A DNA stretch of 64,000 nucleotides from contig CAWCDG010000004.1 of the NCBI GenBank assembly GCA_963794325.1, positions 1,376,001-1,440,000 of the forward strand. The letters are read 5' to 3'. The stretch comes from an uncultured delta proteobacterium (GTDB lineage Bacteria > Desulfobacterota > Binatia > Binatales > Binataceae). Below the pieces are notes generated by a model. It ran no database searches. It saw only the letters and a list, made by a program, of their open reading frames with translations, and was not told the origin of the DNA. Position 1 is the first letter of the stretch. Each line of letters starts with the position of its first letter. The position numbers were made by a program, and so were the translations under genes. Shown here piece after piece: positions 9,531 through 20,038 of the stretch.

Positions 9531-12500
9531 CTACTTGTCGCGGCCTTTTAGCGAAACCACGCCGCCGCGCGGCTTAACGGACTCGGCATTGGTGGTCACC
9601 GTAAGGGTCCCTGCATCGGGAGGTCGTCTCCCAGTGCTGCCTTCTGGAATTGGCGCAAACTTTATCCGGACTTTGCAGGACATTCCCGGTGCAAGCGATT
9701 CCCCTTCCGCGCACCTGTTCGGAGCGGTTCCATCGGTTGAAAAATTGCCGCCATTGATTGCGATGCTCACGATCAAGATTGGTAGCTTGTTCGATTTCTT
9801 CGCCTTGACCTTCACCGACCGTTCAGTCGTCGAACCAGCCGAATGCTTGCCAAACGAAACCTTGCTCGGCACGATCGCGAGCGTATCGGGAACTGGCGTC
9901 GCCGTAGAGTGCCGTGGCGGTCGGACTCATTGTCGCGGTCGGAGTAATCGTTGCTGTCGGGGTCGGACTGATTGTCGGTGTCGGGATCGGCCCCGGAATC
10001 AGGTCAAGTTCGGCGACAAAGGCGTTGGCACCCGAACTCCGGAGCGGCAGATGGCGTTGTTGACTGTCTGGAAGGCGCCCGGGGTAGTGGGGAAGTCGCC
10101 GGAAAAGGCAGTACCGGTCACATATGCATCGCCTGCGGAACCGACCGCGATGCTGTGACCTAGTCGCCGCCTAATCCGGATGGGCCACTGCTGCCACCCA
10201 GATAGGTCGAATAGACCAGCGATGCGCTGCCAGACGCCGATGGATTCAGCTTGGCCACGAAGGCGTTTGGTCGCCGTTCGTGACCGCATTGTTGGCAGTT
10301 TGGAACGCGCCCGGCGTGGTGGGAAACGGGATGCACGTGCCGGTTCCAACTCCAGTGCAACAAGGGGCAGGGTTTATTTCGATGCATTGGGCATTCGAGG
10401 TTGAAAGGGTGAGTCCGGTCACATAAGCGTCGCCTGCGGAGTCGATGGCGATGCCAGAGCTGTAGTCAGCCTCCGCTTCCGCCCAGATAAGTCGAGTAAA
10501 CCAGCGCCGAGCCAGCGGCATTCAGTTCTGTCACGAAGGCGTTGCCGAAACTGAGGGTTCGAATATGCATTGTTAACGGCTTGGAACGCGCCCGGCGGTG
10601 GTGGGAAAAGGGATGCAGGTGCCGGTTCCCGGCCCGGTGCAACACGCCTCGTACAAGCCACTGCTGGTCACACCACTGCCGCCGCAATTTGCGTTGGAGA
10701 TAGAATAAGCAGTGCCTGTCACATAAGCGCGCCTTCGGAATCGACCGCGATGCCAGTGGCCCTGTCGCCGAAGCTTTCGACGCCAGGGTAATTGATGCCG
10801 CCGCCGCCGAGATAGGTCGAATAGACGAGCGATGCGACGCCCGCCGCCGACGGATTAAGTTTCGCCACGAAGGAGTTGACGGCGCCCGCCGCGCCATTGT
10901 TCACGGTCTGGAAGGCGCCTGAAGTGATGGGGAAGTCAGCTCCAGCTACTCCCGGTACGTAAGCGTTGCCGGCGGAATCGACCGCGATGCCGGCGGCGCC
11001 GGCACCCTCCGCTCCCGCCTAGATAGGTCGAATAGAGCAAGGACGCTGCTCCCGACGCGGATGGATCCAGCTTTGCCATGAAGACGTTAATGCCTCCTGG
11101 GGCGTTGTTAATGGTCTGGTACGCTCCAGGTGTGGTGGGAAACGGGATGCAGGTGCCGGTTCCGGGCCCGGTGCAGCAATCGAAGGGTACCCCGTCACCG
11201 CCGCAGCTCGAGTTGGTGATCGCCAGCGTGCTGCCCGTTACATAGGCGTCGCCGGAGGCATCGACGGCGATGCCGTACAGCTCACCTAATGCGTAAAAGA
11301 TTTATCCACCCTGATATCCACCCAAATAGGTGGAATACAGCAGCGAGGAGCCGGTTGGATTCAGCACCGTTACGAAGGCGTTGCTGCCGACGAGGGTGCC
11401 TGCGGAATTGTTAACGGTCTGGAACGCGCCCGAGGTGGTGGGAAAGTCGGTCGAGTCTGTCGTTCCCGTCACATAAGCATCGCCGGAGGAGTCGACCGCG
11501 ATGGCCCCGCCCTGGTCGGCGTCGCTCCCGCCCAGGTAGGTTGAGTACACCAGCGACGCTTCGCCCGACGCCGACGGATTCAACTTCGCCACAAAGGCGG
11601 TGTAGTTGGGGTTCGGTACGGCTGTCTGGAATGCGCCCGAGGTGGTGGGGAAGTCGGCTGAAAAAGCGGTCCCCGTCACATAGGCGTTGCCGCCGGAATC
11701 GACCGCGATCCCAAGCCCTTGGTCAGTCTGGTTCCCGCCCAGGTAGGTCGAATATACCAGCCCCGGATCGATGTAGAGCGCGCGATGGCGATCGTAGTTC
11801 GCCAACTCGAAGCCGATCGCATCCTTGCCACGCATGACGACGCGCCCCTGGAGCTTCTCGCGCTTGCGATCGCGCTCCTGGTAGATCGCGGGGAGATGCT
11901 GGACGAGTTGGCCGCCATCCGGGAGCGTCGCAACCAGATCGCTCTGCGCCCTTTAGCAGCAGCTTTTTCGCTCCTTCAAAACGCAAGGTGATCGCCTTCG
12001 GGTCCGTTCCCGGCGCCACGATAAAGTCGTATTCAAGTTGGCCTTGACCTGTGCCGTAGTAAACAACGTCAATCCCTGGATAAACATCGCGATAGCGGAC
12101 CCGCGCGTAGGTCGGGATGTTCGTGCGCCATTTTTTCGGATCGTTGCCGATGAAATAGTTGGTCTTGCCCAGCAGTTGCTCGAGGCCTTCGAACTTCGCG
12201 TGAGGGTTCCCGCCAACCAACTTGATGCGCACCACTTGTGTTTCGACCGGCTCGGGCTTTGCCCCGCGCTTTCCTGTCAGCGTCCCGGTCGGGGCTCCGT
12301 TGCTCTCCTTGCGAAGCGCAAGGACCGCTCCCGACTGGGTGAGAAACAGCGCGTAACCGGGGCGGCGCGAGAGGAATTTTACACGCTCATCGGTCTGGCC
12401 CTCATTCAGTTCAAAACTGAGCGGAACCTTATCGTAGAGATTCACCGGGCGAAGCCTGGCGTTGGGGACTGCTTTATGTTCGGCTGTCGCCGCGCCGCTA

Positions 12501-12586
12501 GACCGCGGCGCTGAGGCAATCGCGAGCATGCTAGCGCCCGACAGAGCTAGCGCAGCAATTGCCGCTCTTCTCACCCCTTGAAACAT
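9531..12586 (-). pseudogene. secreted SBBP beta-propeller repeat protein with Pro/Thr linker and C-terminal Ig-like domain, multiply frameshifted
   Basis: [59 protein letters not shown] and repeated IAVDS.G.AYVTG...DFPTT units scattered over all three minus frames. Confidence 0.85.
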
Positions 12587-12740
12587 CCTGCTTCGCCGAC
12601 AAAATCAGGCGATTAGATCGGCTGGATCACCCCCTGTTCGAGCGGAGCATGGCAAACGATAGGCTCGAGCGCAAACCTGGTTCCGTCGCAGGCACGTTTG
12701 GGTTTCTGGGTCCTATGAATGGATCGACGTGCGTCCGGAA

Positions 12741-12785
12741 CGGCTGATGCTACTACGCGAATGCCAGATCTGCGAGCCAATCGCG
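12741..12785 (-). repeat. orphan copy of the last codons and stop of the 8342-9259 hydrolase gene
   Basis: 42/45 identical to 8330-8374 (encodes RDWLADLAFA*). Confidence 0.85.
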
Positions 12786-12976
12786 TTGGCTCGTCGAGAG
12801 ATTGGCGCGCAGCGCGTCCGTTCCCTTAAGAAGGGGAATCGGGAAGGAAGCGCCAAGTGGCGTCGCCCCGGAGCGCGCGCAAGCCTGGATAAAAATCCGG
12901 CTGGCGAGAGCACCATAGCCAGCCCGTAGGCTCACGCCCATAGAGCGTCAGCCAAGGTCTATTTCTTTCTACTGAA

Positions 12977-13315
12977 TCAATGCAGTCCAGACGGCGTCAC
13001 TACTGCTGCATCAACATCGCTTTGTGGAACATCTTCACCCTTCTTAAGTTTGGCCATCAAGCCATTGATCTGTTTGATTTGGCGATCCAAATCAGCCTGC
13101 GCATGAGGGTCTTGTGAAGAGTGCTTGCGCATTGTCCGAAAGCGTTTCTTGGCGTCTGCCAGCGTTTTCATGGCTGAGTCCTTGTCTGCCATCTGGGTGC
13201 TCGCGGAGCTGCTCGCCGCTGCCTCTGGAGCGGGTTGCGCAAATGACACTCCGAATTGGATGGGAATGATCGTCCCTGCCATTACTATCAACGCTACAAT
13301 CGCGGGCTTCCGCAT
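12977..13315 (-). CDS. hypothetical secreted helical protein
   Basis: AGAGGAG RBS before ATG 13315; signal peptide MRKPAIVALIV...SFA-Q. Confidence 0.6.
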   Translation of the reverse strand: MRKPAIVALIVMAGTIIPIQFGVSFAQPAPEAAASSSASTQMADKDSAMKTLADAKKRFRTMRKHSSQDPHAQADLDRQIKQINGLMAKLKKGEDVPQSDVDAAVVTPSGLH

Positions 13316-13496
13316 GGTCTCCTCTCTGGGGGCAGATTTTTGAGTTCGTCTGTTCTGCCAAACGAACGTTACCAAGGCATTAACAGATGATAGAGCCAGG
13401 ATTAAATGCGCTACTCACGCGAGTCGATTTGCGTCTCGCCTATACTCCGAAAGAATCCATGGGCCACTACGCAACGGGCACCGGCTTGTTTCGTCC

Positions 13497-15038
13497 CTAG
13501 GATTGCAGCTTTGCAGTCCGCTGCTCGACAAAGCGAGCGAGCTTCTGGTTCCAGCTCGAAAGCGCCGGCCAGAGTCCTGCGTATATCTCGCCCAGTTCCG
13601 CGTAGGCCGCCTTCTCCTTCGGCCTCGGTTCGAAGGTCCGAGCGATGTGGCCGGCCATGGCGGCCGATGCCTCGGTAAAGCTCCGGAACCAGCCGCATCC
13701 CGTGGCGGCCGCCATTGCCGCGCCGAGAGAGGACGCCTCCTTGCTCGCCGAGCGATGGACGGGAACGCCCACGGCATCGGCCAGGATCTGCATCCACAGA
13801 TCCGATGCCGTGCCGCCGCCCACCGCGACATAGTGGTCGATCGTCTGTCCGCAGCCAGTTTGCAGGCGCTTCGACGCCAGCGCCTGCTCGAGCACTACGC
13901 CCTCCAGCAGAGCGCGATAGAGATCGCCGCGCCGGGTCGATCCCGACAGACCGGCGATCACGCCCCGGGCCGACGCATCCCAGTAGGGGGTCATGCATCC
14001 CTCCCAGTAGGGGACAAGCATGACTCCGTTGGCGCCGATCGGCGAGGCACTGGCTTCGGCCTCGAGAGCGGTCAGCGCCTCGAGCTCTCGCTTAGGGTCG
14101 AGGCCCAGCAGATCGCGCAACAGCCAGTCGACCAGGAAGGTGCCGGAGCGCAGGCAGGTCTCGACGATATAGCCTCGATCGGCGACCGCCGTCTCGGTTC
14201 GGAACGCGGCGTCGAAGGCATAGCGCTCGGAATAGCTTCCTGAGACGACTGCGGTGCCGAGGTTGATATAGGCGCGGCCGGATCGCAGGACATCGACGCC
14301 GGTACCCGCGCACTGTCCGTCGCCGCCACCGGCGAATATCGGCGTACCGGCCGGAAGGCCGGTCGCCTGCGCACTGGCTTCGGTAACGGTTCCGATGAAC
14401 GCGCCGGGTCGCACCAGCGGCAGCATCTTGTCGATCGGGACTCCCGCCGCCGCGAGAATCTCCTGCGACCAGACCAGGCGCTCCATGTCGAGCACGCCCA
14501 GCGGGTCAGCCGAGGCGGTCGAGGTTGTCCACCGGCCGGTGAGCCGGAAGCAAAGATAGCCATGGACTTCGGCGACATAGGCGGCGCGATCCAGGAGATG
14601 CGGCTCGTTCTCGCGCAGCCAGACCATCCGGTATAGGCATGGCGTGATGTCGACCGGCTTGCCGGAGATCGCGTGGATCTTCTCGGCGCCGAAGCTCGCC
14701 CCGAATCGGCGCATTTGGTCCATTGCCCGCTCGTCGAGCCAAACGATGGCCGGACGGATCGGCTCGCCATGCTCGCCAAAGAGGCCGAAGGTCTCGCGCT
14801 GGTTCGAAATTGCCACGCCCGCGATGCGCGCCGGATCGACCTTTGCCGTGAGATCGCGCAGCGCCACAGAGGTCGAGCGCCACCAGTCTTCGGGGTCCTG
14901 TTCGAAATAGCGCGGGCGAGGCTGGGCGAGCGGGATTGCGGCACGCCCTTCAGCCACCGGCGCGCCGGTCCGATCCCAGGCGATCGCCTTGGTGGCTGTG
15001 GTCGAGGAATCGATTCCGATAACAAGGTTGCGCTGCAT
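13497..15038 (-). CDS. FGGY-family carbohydrate kinase (xylulokinase-like)
   Basis: IGIDSSTTATKA, EQDPEDWW, ISNQRET, AIVWLDERA, GGGDGQCA, GGG..SDLWMQI.AD. Confidence 0.92.
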   Translation of the reverse strand: MQRNLVIGIDSSTTATKAIAWDRTGAPVAEGRAAIPLAQPRPRYFEQDPEDWWRSTSVALRDLTAKVDPARIAGVAISNQRETFGLFGEHGEPIRPAIVWLDERAMDQMRRFGASFGAEKIHAISGKPVDITPCLYRMVWLRENEPHLLDRAAYVAEVHGYLCFRLTGRWTTSTASADPLGVLDMERLVWSQEILAAAGVPIDKMLPLVRPGAFIGTVTEASAQATGLPAGTPIFAGGGDGQCAGTGVDVLRSGRAYINLGTAVVSGSYSERYAFDAAFRTETAVADRGYIVETCLRSGTFLVDWLLRDLLGLDPKRELEALTALEAEASASPIGANGVMLVPYWEGCMTPYWDASARGVIAGLSGSTRRGDLYRALLEGVVLEQALASKRLQTGCGQTIDHYVAVGGGTASDLWMQILADAVGVPVHRSASKEASSLGAAMAAATGCGWFRSFTEASAAMAGHIARTFEPRPKEKAAYAELGEIYAGLWPALSSWNQKLARFVEQRTAKLQS

Positions 15039-15397
15039 GCAAGAGCTCAGTAACCGGAACGGAGACGCACGTGCGCCTCCGTTTGCATGGATGAAGGAAT
15101 CTTACAGAAGACCGGCATCTTTCGTCTTGGCGTCGATCATCTTCGCCACGCGTCCACGCACTTTATCGCATCGCCGCCGTAGTTCGGGCCGGTCAGCGAC
15201 TTGCCCGACGCAGGGGGAGAGAACTGTGCGAGAACAGGTCTATGCCAGCGGTAGCGGTCACAGCAAGAGCTTCGGACTTCAGCCCCAGTCTGCTTCGCAC
15301 TGGCGGATACTTGCTTCTCTCCAGCACGGCTACTTTAGTCTTCAGGAAATTTGTCGCCCAATCCGCGGACAATTTTTCTATGAAAAGGCGAAATGGA

Positions 15398-15610
15398 GGT
15401 CGACAGTTCAAATCCGCTCTGCTCGAAATTTAGTCTCTCGGTTTTGGGACATCTCGGAGAATAGATCGAAAATCGCGCGTGCGCGCGCGATTCGCGATCA
15501 GGGGCGGGCCCGGACAATGCCTTTGGCGACGCGGATAGCCAGAATCGGGCAAAACCTATCCGGGCGCGGTTTGCTAGCTCGGCGAATTGTCGCCTTACAT
15601 CCGCATGCCT
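15398..15610 (+). repeat. degenerate tRNA-Ala 3' fragment (att-like) plus ~190 bp element, copy 2
   Basis: GGTCGACAGTTCAAATCCGCTCTGCTC versus tRNA GGTCGAGGGTTCAAATCCCTTCTGCTC; homology to 7020-7205 continues downstream. Confidence 0.8.
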
Positions 15611-15696
15611 ATCGGCGGTGAACAAACTCGGATAACTGATAGGTTGTAGCGAAGCCGGGCCTTTATGACTTAGTTCGTCCGGGGCCGAAGCCCTCA

Positions 15697-15993
15697 ATGA
15701 AGAGACGCATCGATGGGCGTACCGCCAAAGGCGTGCGGATCAGGCAACAGGTCCGCGAGCGAATTCTGACCGCGTACATAGAACTGATCCGCGAGGGGGT
15801 TCCGTCGCAGACCGCTCGGGCAACCGCGACGCGAGGCTGTTTGCGCAGGTCGACTTTGTTTACACCACGGTGTTCCTGGGCAGCTCGGCTCTGGTCAATC
15901 AGGATCTGGCCGATCTCGGCGCGGATCTACCGAGCGGCGCAGCAAGAACATTTCAACTGCGGCGCGTGTCGTCTGCACCACGAGCCGCACTAA
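15697..15993 (+). pseudogene. truncated TetR-like regulator N-terminus
   Basis: RIDGRTAKG...RERILTAYIELIREG.PS.TAR resembles the start of a TetR HTH, then degenerates. Confidence 0.5.
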
Positions 15994-16174
15994 GTTCCAA
16001 CCTGCATTCAGGCCACCTTGAGTTGCGTTTTCGCCATTTTTAAACTGACGCGACTCGAGATGGCATCGCCCTGATAGCATCTTCGTGTGCGACTCTCCCG
16101 CGAGGGCATAAGTCGTCAGTCTCCCGAATTGAAGCTCTGATAGCGCTCTCGCGTCCTATCTATAGGAGACGAAG

Positions 16175-16474
16175 ATGAAAACAAATATTGCGATGGGACT
16201 GGGTGGTCTCGCAGCAATTGTGCTCGACTACGTCATTGTAGCATCGATCGTCGGTACGTTGCTGCTCACGCGATGGCTCGGAGTCGGCTGGATGCTGGAC
16301 GTTCTGACCGTGTTCCTCATCAGCTGCATGATAGTTGCCTGGTTCTACGGAAAACGATTCAGCGCATTCTTGAATCGTCGAGATGACGAGCTGCCAAATT
16401 CGGTCGTTGTCGGGCATTCGGTCCCGCGCAGATCGATCGAGGGCGAAAGATCGCGAGGATTGGGTTCTCGCTGA
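16175..16474 (+). CDS. small membrane hypothetical protein
   Basis: AGGAG RBS upstream, two hydrophobic segments. Confidence 0.55.
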   Translation: MKTNIAMGLGGLAAIVLDYVIVASIVGTLLLTRWLGVGWMLDVLTVFLISCMIVAWFYGKRFSAFLNRRDDELPNSVVVGHSVPRRSIEGERSRGLGSR

Positions 16475-16897
16475 ACCATCACAGCTGAAGACGCCGCCGT
16501 CATTTTCGATGAGAACACTCAGTTCGCTGAGACGCGTCGCATTTCGGCAGCAGGAATAGAAACGCAGACCCCGCTGGGAGCATTACGGCTATCAGCCGGA
16601 AGAAATCGCTGTACGCCATCGTTGTCGCCTGTCGTTTGACACTCTGTTTGAGCATCGCCAGATACGACAGTCGGCCCGGCGTACAGCGAAACTCTTCAGG
16701 GGAGAGAGTCAGACCGCCGCAACCCTCGCCTGTTTGGTTTGGGTTGTCTAACCGTGAGCCTCGAGGGTTATCTGCTCACGGGACGCCACGGGCTCAACCT
16801 CCGGCCGCCATCACGTCACCGACGGTATCGTCCGTCGGGCGGAAGTGCCCACCCAGTCTGCAAGGCAAAATCGCGAGGCGACCGAAGACAGTTAGAA

Positions 16898-17467
16898 TCA
16901 GCTCGCGATCTTTTCCTGGTAGACCAGAATCTCGACCCGCCGATTACTACGCCGACCGTCCCGTGTGCTGTTGTCGGCGACCGGCTTGCTCGCGCCGTAC
17001 GAGACTACGCGAACCTGCGTCGGGTCGAGGCCCTTCGAGCCGACCAGATATCCGGCGACGCTCGTCGCGCGCCGCTGTCCGAGCTCGTAGTTGTAGTCCT
17101 CATGGCCCACGCTGTCAGTATACCCGGCGATCACGAAGACGCGCTGCGACGCCGCCGACGCGGGGGCGGTTGTCGATCCCTCCATATCTCCGACGAATGC
17201 ATCGATCTCGCGCTTGGCGTTCGCGCTCAAGGCAGCTGATCCGGTCTTGAAGGTCGGCCCCTGGCTCGAATCCAAGACCAGCTTTCGCTCGAGGTGGAGA
17301 TTGTTCATTTGGCTTTCGAGCTGTTCTTGCTGGCCGGTGATGGGTTTCAGCTGATCTCCGACCCACGAGCGAGTGGCAAGGCATCCACTGGTGGTGAGAA
17401 GCAAACCCGCCCCGATGAAGGCTCCGGCTCCGATTCGGACAGCGTCCGATAAATGTATGATTCGCAC
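16898..17467 (-). CDS. OmpA-family (OmpA-C peptidoglycan-binding) lipoprotein
   Basis: lipobox TSGC, F..GSAAL, GYTDSVG..YN..LGQRRA..V, SYG...PVADN....GR..NRRVEI. Confidence 0.92.
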   Translation of the reverse strand: MRIIHLSDAVRIGAGAFIGAGLLLTTSGCLATRSWVGDQLKPITGQQEQLESQMNNLHLERKLVLDSSQGPTFKTGSAALSANAKREIDAFVGDMEGSTTAPASAASQRVFVIAGYTDSVGHEDYNYELGQRRATSVAGYLVGSKGLDPTQVRVVSYGASKPVADNSTRDGRRSNRRVEILVYQEKIAS

Positions 17468-17592
17468 AATAAATCCTCCGTGCTTGAACCAATCTAACCA
17501 TTATTTTCCAACCAGTTGATTTTTGGGTCAAGTTCACTAAGCAGGGCATGGTCAACGTGATTTCATCTTCGGCCGACGACAGTCCTGCAAGC

Positions 17593-18588
17593 CTACTGAA
17601 AGCGCGAACGATCGTGCGGGGCGTTGAAATCGAGCGCGGGGCCCTTGGGGACGATCCGGGTTGGGTTGATGGCTGCATGGCTGGCGTAATAGTGGCGCTT
17701 GATTTGCGCGAGATTGACGGTCTCGGCGACGCCCCCGACCTGGTAGAGGTCGCGCAGATAGTTCCATAGATTTGGATAGTCGACGACGCGCCGCAGATTG
17801 CATTTGAAGTGACCGTTGTAGACGGCGTCGAAGCGAACGAGGGTGGTGAACAGGCGCCAATCGGCTTCGGTCATGCGCGAGCCGGCTATGTAGCGCGTAT
17901 GCGCCAAGCGCTGTTCGAGTTGGTCGAGTGCGGCGAATAGAGAATCGAAGGCGGCTTCGTACGCCGACTGAGTGGTCGCGAAGCCACATCGATAAACGCC
18001 GTTGTTGACGTTGGGATAAACCAGCGCGTTGATACGATCGATCTCGTCGCGCAAATCCTTGGGATAGAAGTCGAGTGAAGCATCGCCGAATTCGTCGAAT
18101 GCGCTGTTGAGCATCCGTATGATCTCCGACGATTCATTGTTGACGATCGTGGCACGCTTGCTGTCCCACAAGACGGGTACCGTGACTCGTCCCGAAAATC
18201 GCGGATTCGCACGGAGATAGATCTCGTAAAGATAACGCGATCCGAAAAGATGGTCGCGGGTCGATCCGGGAAATAGCGAACCGTCCGGGGCCGCGAACGC
18301 CCATCCGTTTTCACCCATGAAAGGATCGACGATCGAGACAGAGATTGTCGATTCGAGCCGTTTCAGCCGGCGAAAGATCAGCGTGCGATGAGCCCATGGG
18401 CATGCAAGTGAAACGTAAAGATGGTAGCGGACGGGCTCGGCGCGAAACGCGCCTTTGCCGGATGGACCCGGCGCGCCGTCAGGTGTCACCCAGTTTCGGA
18501 AAACCGATTCTCCGCGGACGAACTCGCCGCCGCTGCTTTCGGTGTCGTACCACTGATCCTTCCAGACGCCATCGACTAACAGTCCCAT
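17593..18588 (-). CDS. yqjG: glutathionyl-hydroquinone reductase (omega/Xi-class GST)
   Basis: MGLLVDGVW, RYHLYVSLACPWAHR, VTVPVLWD, IVNNESSEI, NNGVYRCGFA, GHFKCN. Confidence 0.9.
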   Translation of the reverse strand: MGLLVDGVWKDQWYDTESSGGEFVRGESVFRNWVTPDGAPGPSGKGAFRAEPVRYHLYVSLACPWAHRTLIFRRLKRLESTISVSIVDPFMGENGWAFAAPDGSLFPGSTRDHLFGSRYLYEIYLRANPRFSGRVTVPVLWDSKRATIVNNESSEIIRMLNSAFDEFGDASLDFYPKDLRDEIDRINALVYPNVNNGVYRCGFATTQSAYEAAFDSLFAALDQLEQRLAHTRYIAGSRMTEADWRLFTTLVRFDAVYNGHFKCNLRRVVDYPNLWNYLRDLYQVGGVAETVNLAQIKRHYYASHAAINPTRIVPKGPALDFNAPHDRSRFQ

Positions 18589-18629
18589 TAGGAAGCTCCA
18601 AGGTCTGGGATGCGTCCAGCGTAACAGCT

Positions 18630-19280
18630 TTATTCGATCGCTGTGAGATCGGTCCAAAGTTGACTCAGCGCAACGCTGACCGAATCGGCCCTGAGCGCGA
18701 TCAATCGCGCATCCTCGCGAAGGGTCTCAGCGAGCGCCAGAAGTCGTGGATGTTGGCTTTCGTACTTCGCGACGACACTTCCACTCGGCTTATGCTCCAG
18801 AAACCAAAGAAGGGGAAGCAATTCACAGAAGACGGAAACGGCGCCGTCGAGTGGTCCGCGCCGTACAGGCCAACGGCTTGCGATGAATTCATTGAGTTCC
18901 GTGAGCCTGGATATTCCGTCCCAGAGCCGGTCCCTTGCTGCAAAAGCAACGTTCCCGACGTTGCTCGTGATAATGGCCATGGAACAGAGCGGGCAGGGTT
19001 CGAGCGTGGTCCACAGAGTGTGGCGTCGATAGTCGCCCGGCCCCAATTGCCCCAGGACATCAAGCTCGGCGTGGGCGATGGGTGTCGATCGGAGCCTGCC
19101 TGGGGGTGCTTCCGCGTCCGACGCGCGATTTCGTCCAACCGCCACAACACGTCCGAGAGGATCAGTTAGAACCGCGCCAACTCCTACGTTGCCGCCGACG
19201 TAAGCCTCCCACGCGAGTGTGACTGCCGTCTGCCACGGCTCTTCCAGCGATAACCAGTAGTCGTTTGCGATCACGATCAA
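18630..19280 (-). CDS. nucleoside deaminase (TadA/CDA-like zinc deaminase)
   Basis: VGAVL, HAE, TTLEPCPLC motifs. Confidence 0.88.
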   Translation of the reverse strand: MIVIANDYWLSLEEPWQTAVTLAWEAYVGGNVGVGAVLTDPLGRVVAVGRNRASDAEAPPGRLRSTPIAHAELDVLGQLGPGDYRRHTLWTTLEPCPLCSMAIITSNVGNVAFAARDRLWDGISRLTELNEFIASRWPVRRGPLDGAVSVFCELLPLLWFLEHKPSGSVVAKYESQHPRLLALAETLREDARLIALRADSVSVALSQLWTDLTAIE

Positions 19281-19339
19281 CCAGCCCTTTCCATCACTTT
19301 ACCGAGCAGCCGCGCGGACCGTCTAGGATTTCGGTGTCC

Positions 19340-19984
19340 TCACCGCGCTCCAATCAGGTCTGAGACCCGGTCATGTACGAAATCGCGCCAGGATTTGTCC
19401 CCAATGAGATTGGGTAGCAACGTATCCATGTGCAGCAGGCCCATGATGAATATGCAGAACAGGCGCGCGGCGAAGTCGGGATTGAGCTTTGGATCAAGCT
19501 TGCCATCGCGTTGAGCCATCGAGATCGCATCGCCGATATGCCGGATCGCAGCTTCGTCTGACAGCGCTAACACGCGCCGGACGCCGCGATCTCTGCTCGC
19601 GGCTGCATGAACTTCGATCGACAGCTGACGAACCAGTTTCAATGCCGGTTCGGTGTACACCGATGCAAGACGCGGCAACTCTCCGGCCGCCCCGCTTGTA
19701 GCGTTTTGAATGAACAGCGGGGTCGACTCGAACGATCGCTTCACCACTTCGAGCAGCAGTTCGCCCTTACTCTTGAAATGCTTGTAGATGGCGCCGGCGG
19801 TGATACCGCTGGACCGGGCAATCGCCGGCATCGAGGAGCCCTCGAAGCCATGCTCGGCGAACAGCGTCGCGGCCGCGCTGAGGATTCGTTCGCGTGTCGA
19901 TTCGACCGGCTTCGCGCCGCGCCGTATCTTCTTCGCGGTGCTCGCCCTTTTTTTTGTGTGTGGCTTTATTCGTTTTCGAATCAT
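19340..19984 (-). CDS. TetR/AcrR family transcriptional regulator
   Basis: TRERILSAAATLFAEHGFEGSSMPAIARSSGITAGAIYKHFKSKGELL. Confidence 0.93.
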   Translation of the reverse strand: MIRKRIKPHTKKRASTAKKIRRGAKPVESTRERILSAAATLFAEHGFEGSSMPAIARSSGITAGAIYKHFKSKGELLLEVVKRSFESTPLFIQNATSGAAGELPRLASVYTEPALKLVRQLSIEVHAAASRDRGVRRVLALSDEAAIRHIGDAISMAQRDGKLDPKLNPDFAARLFCIFIMGLLHMDTLLPNLIGDKSWRDFVHDRVSDLIGAR

Positions 19985-20038
19985 CGAGAATTTCGCGGCC
20001 TTGCTCGGGCCGCTATACTCATGATGGCGCAGTTGCGG

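Noticed and set aside
14989-15621. 210-aa ORF sharing peptide similarity with ORF 7039-7281
   Set aside because: The similarity only reflects the duplicated DNA element; no RBS or protein-like features.
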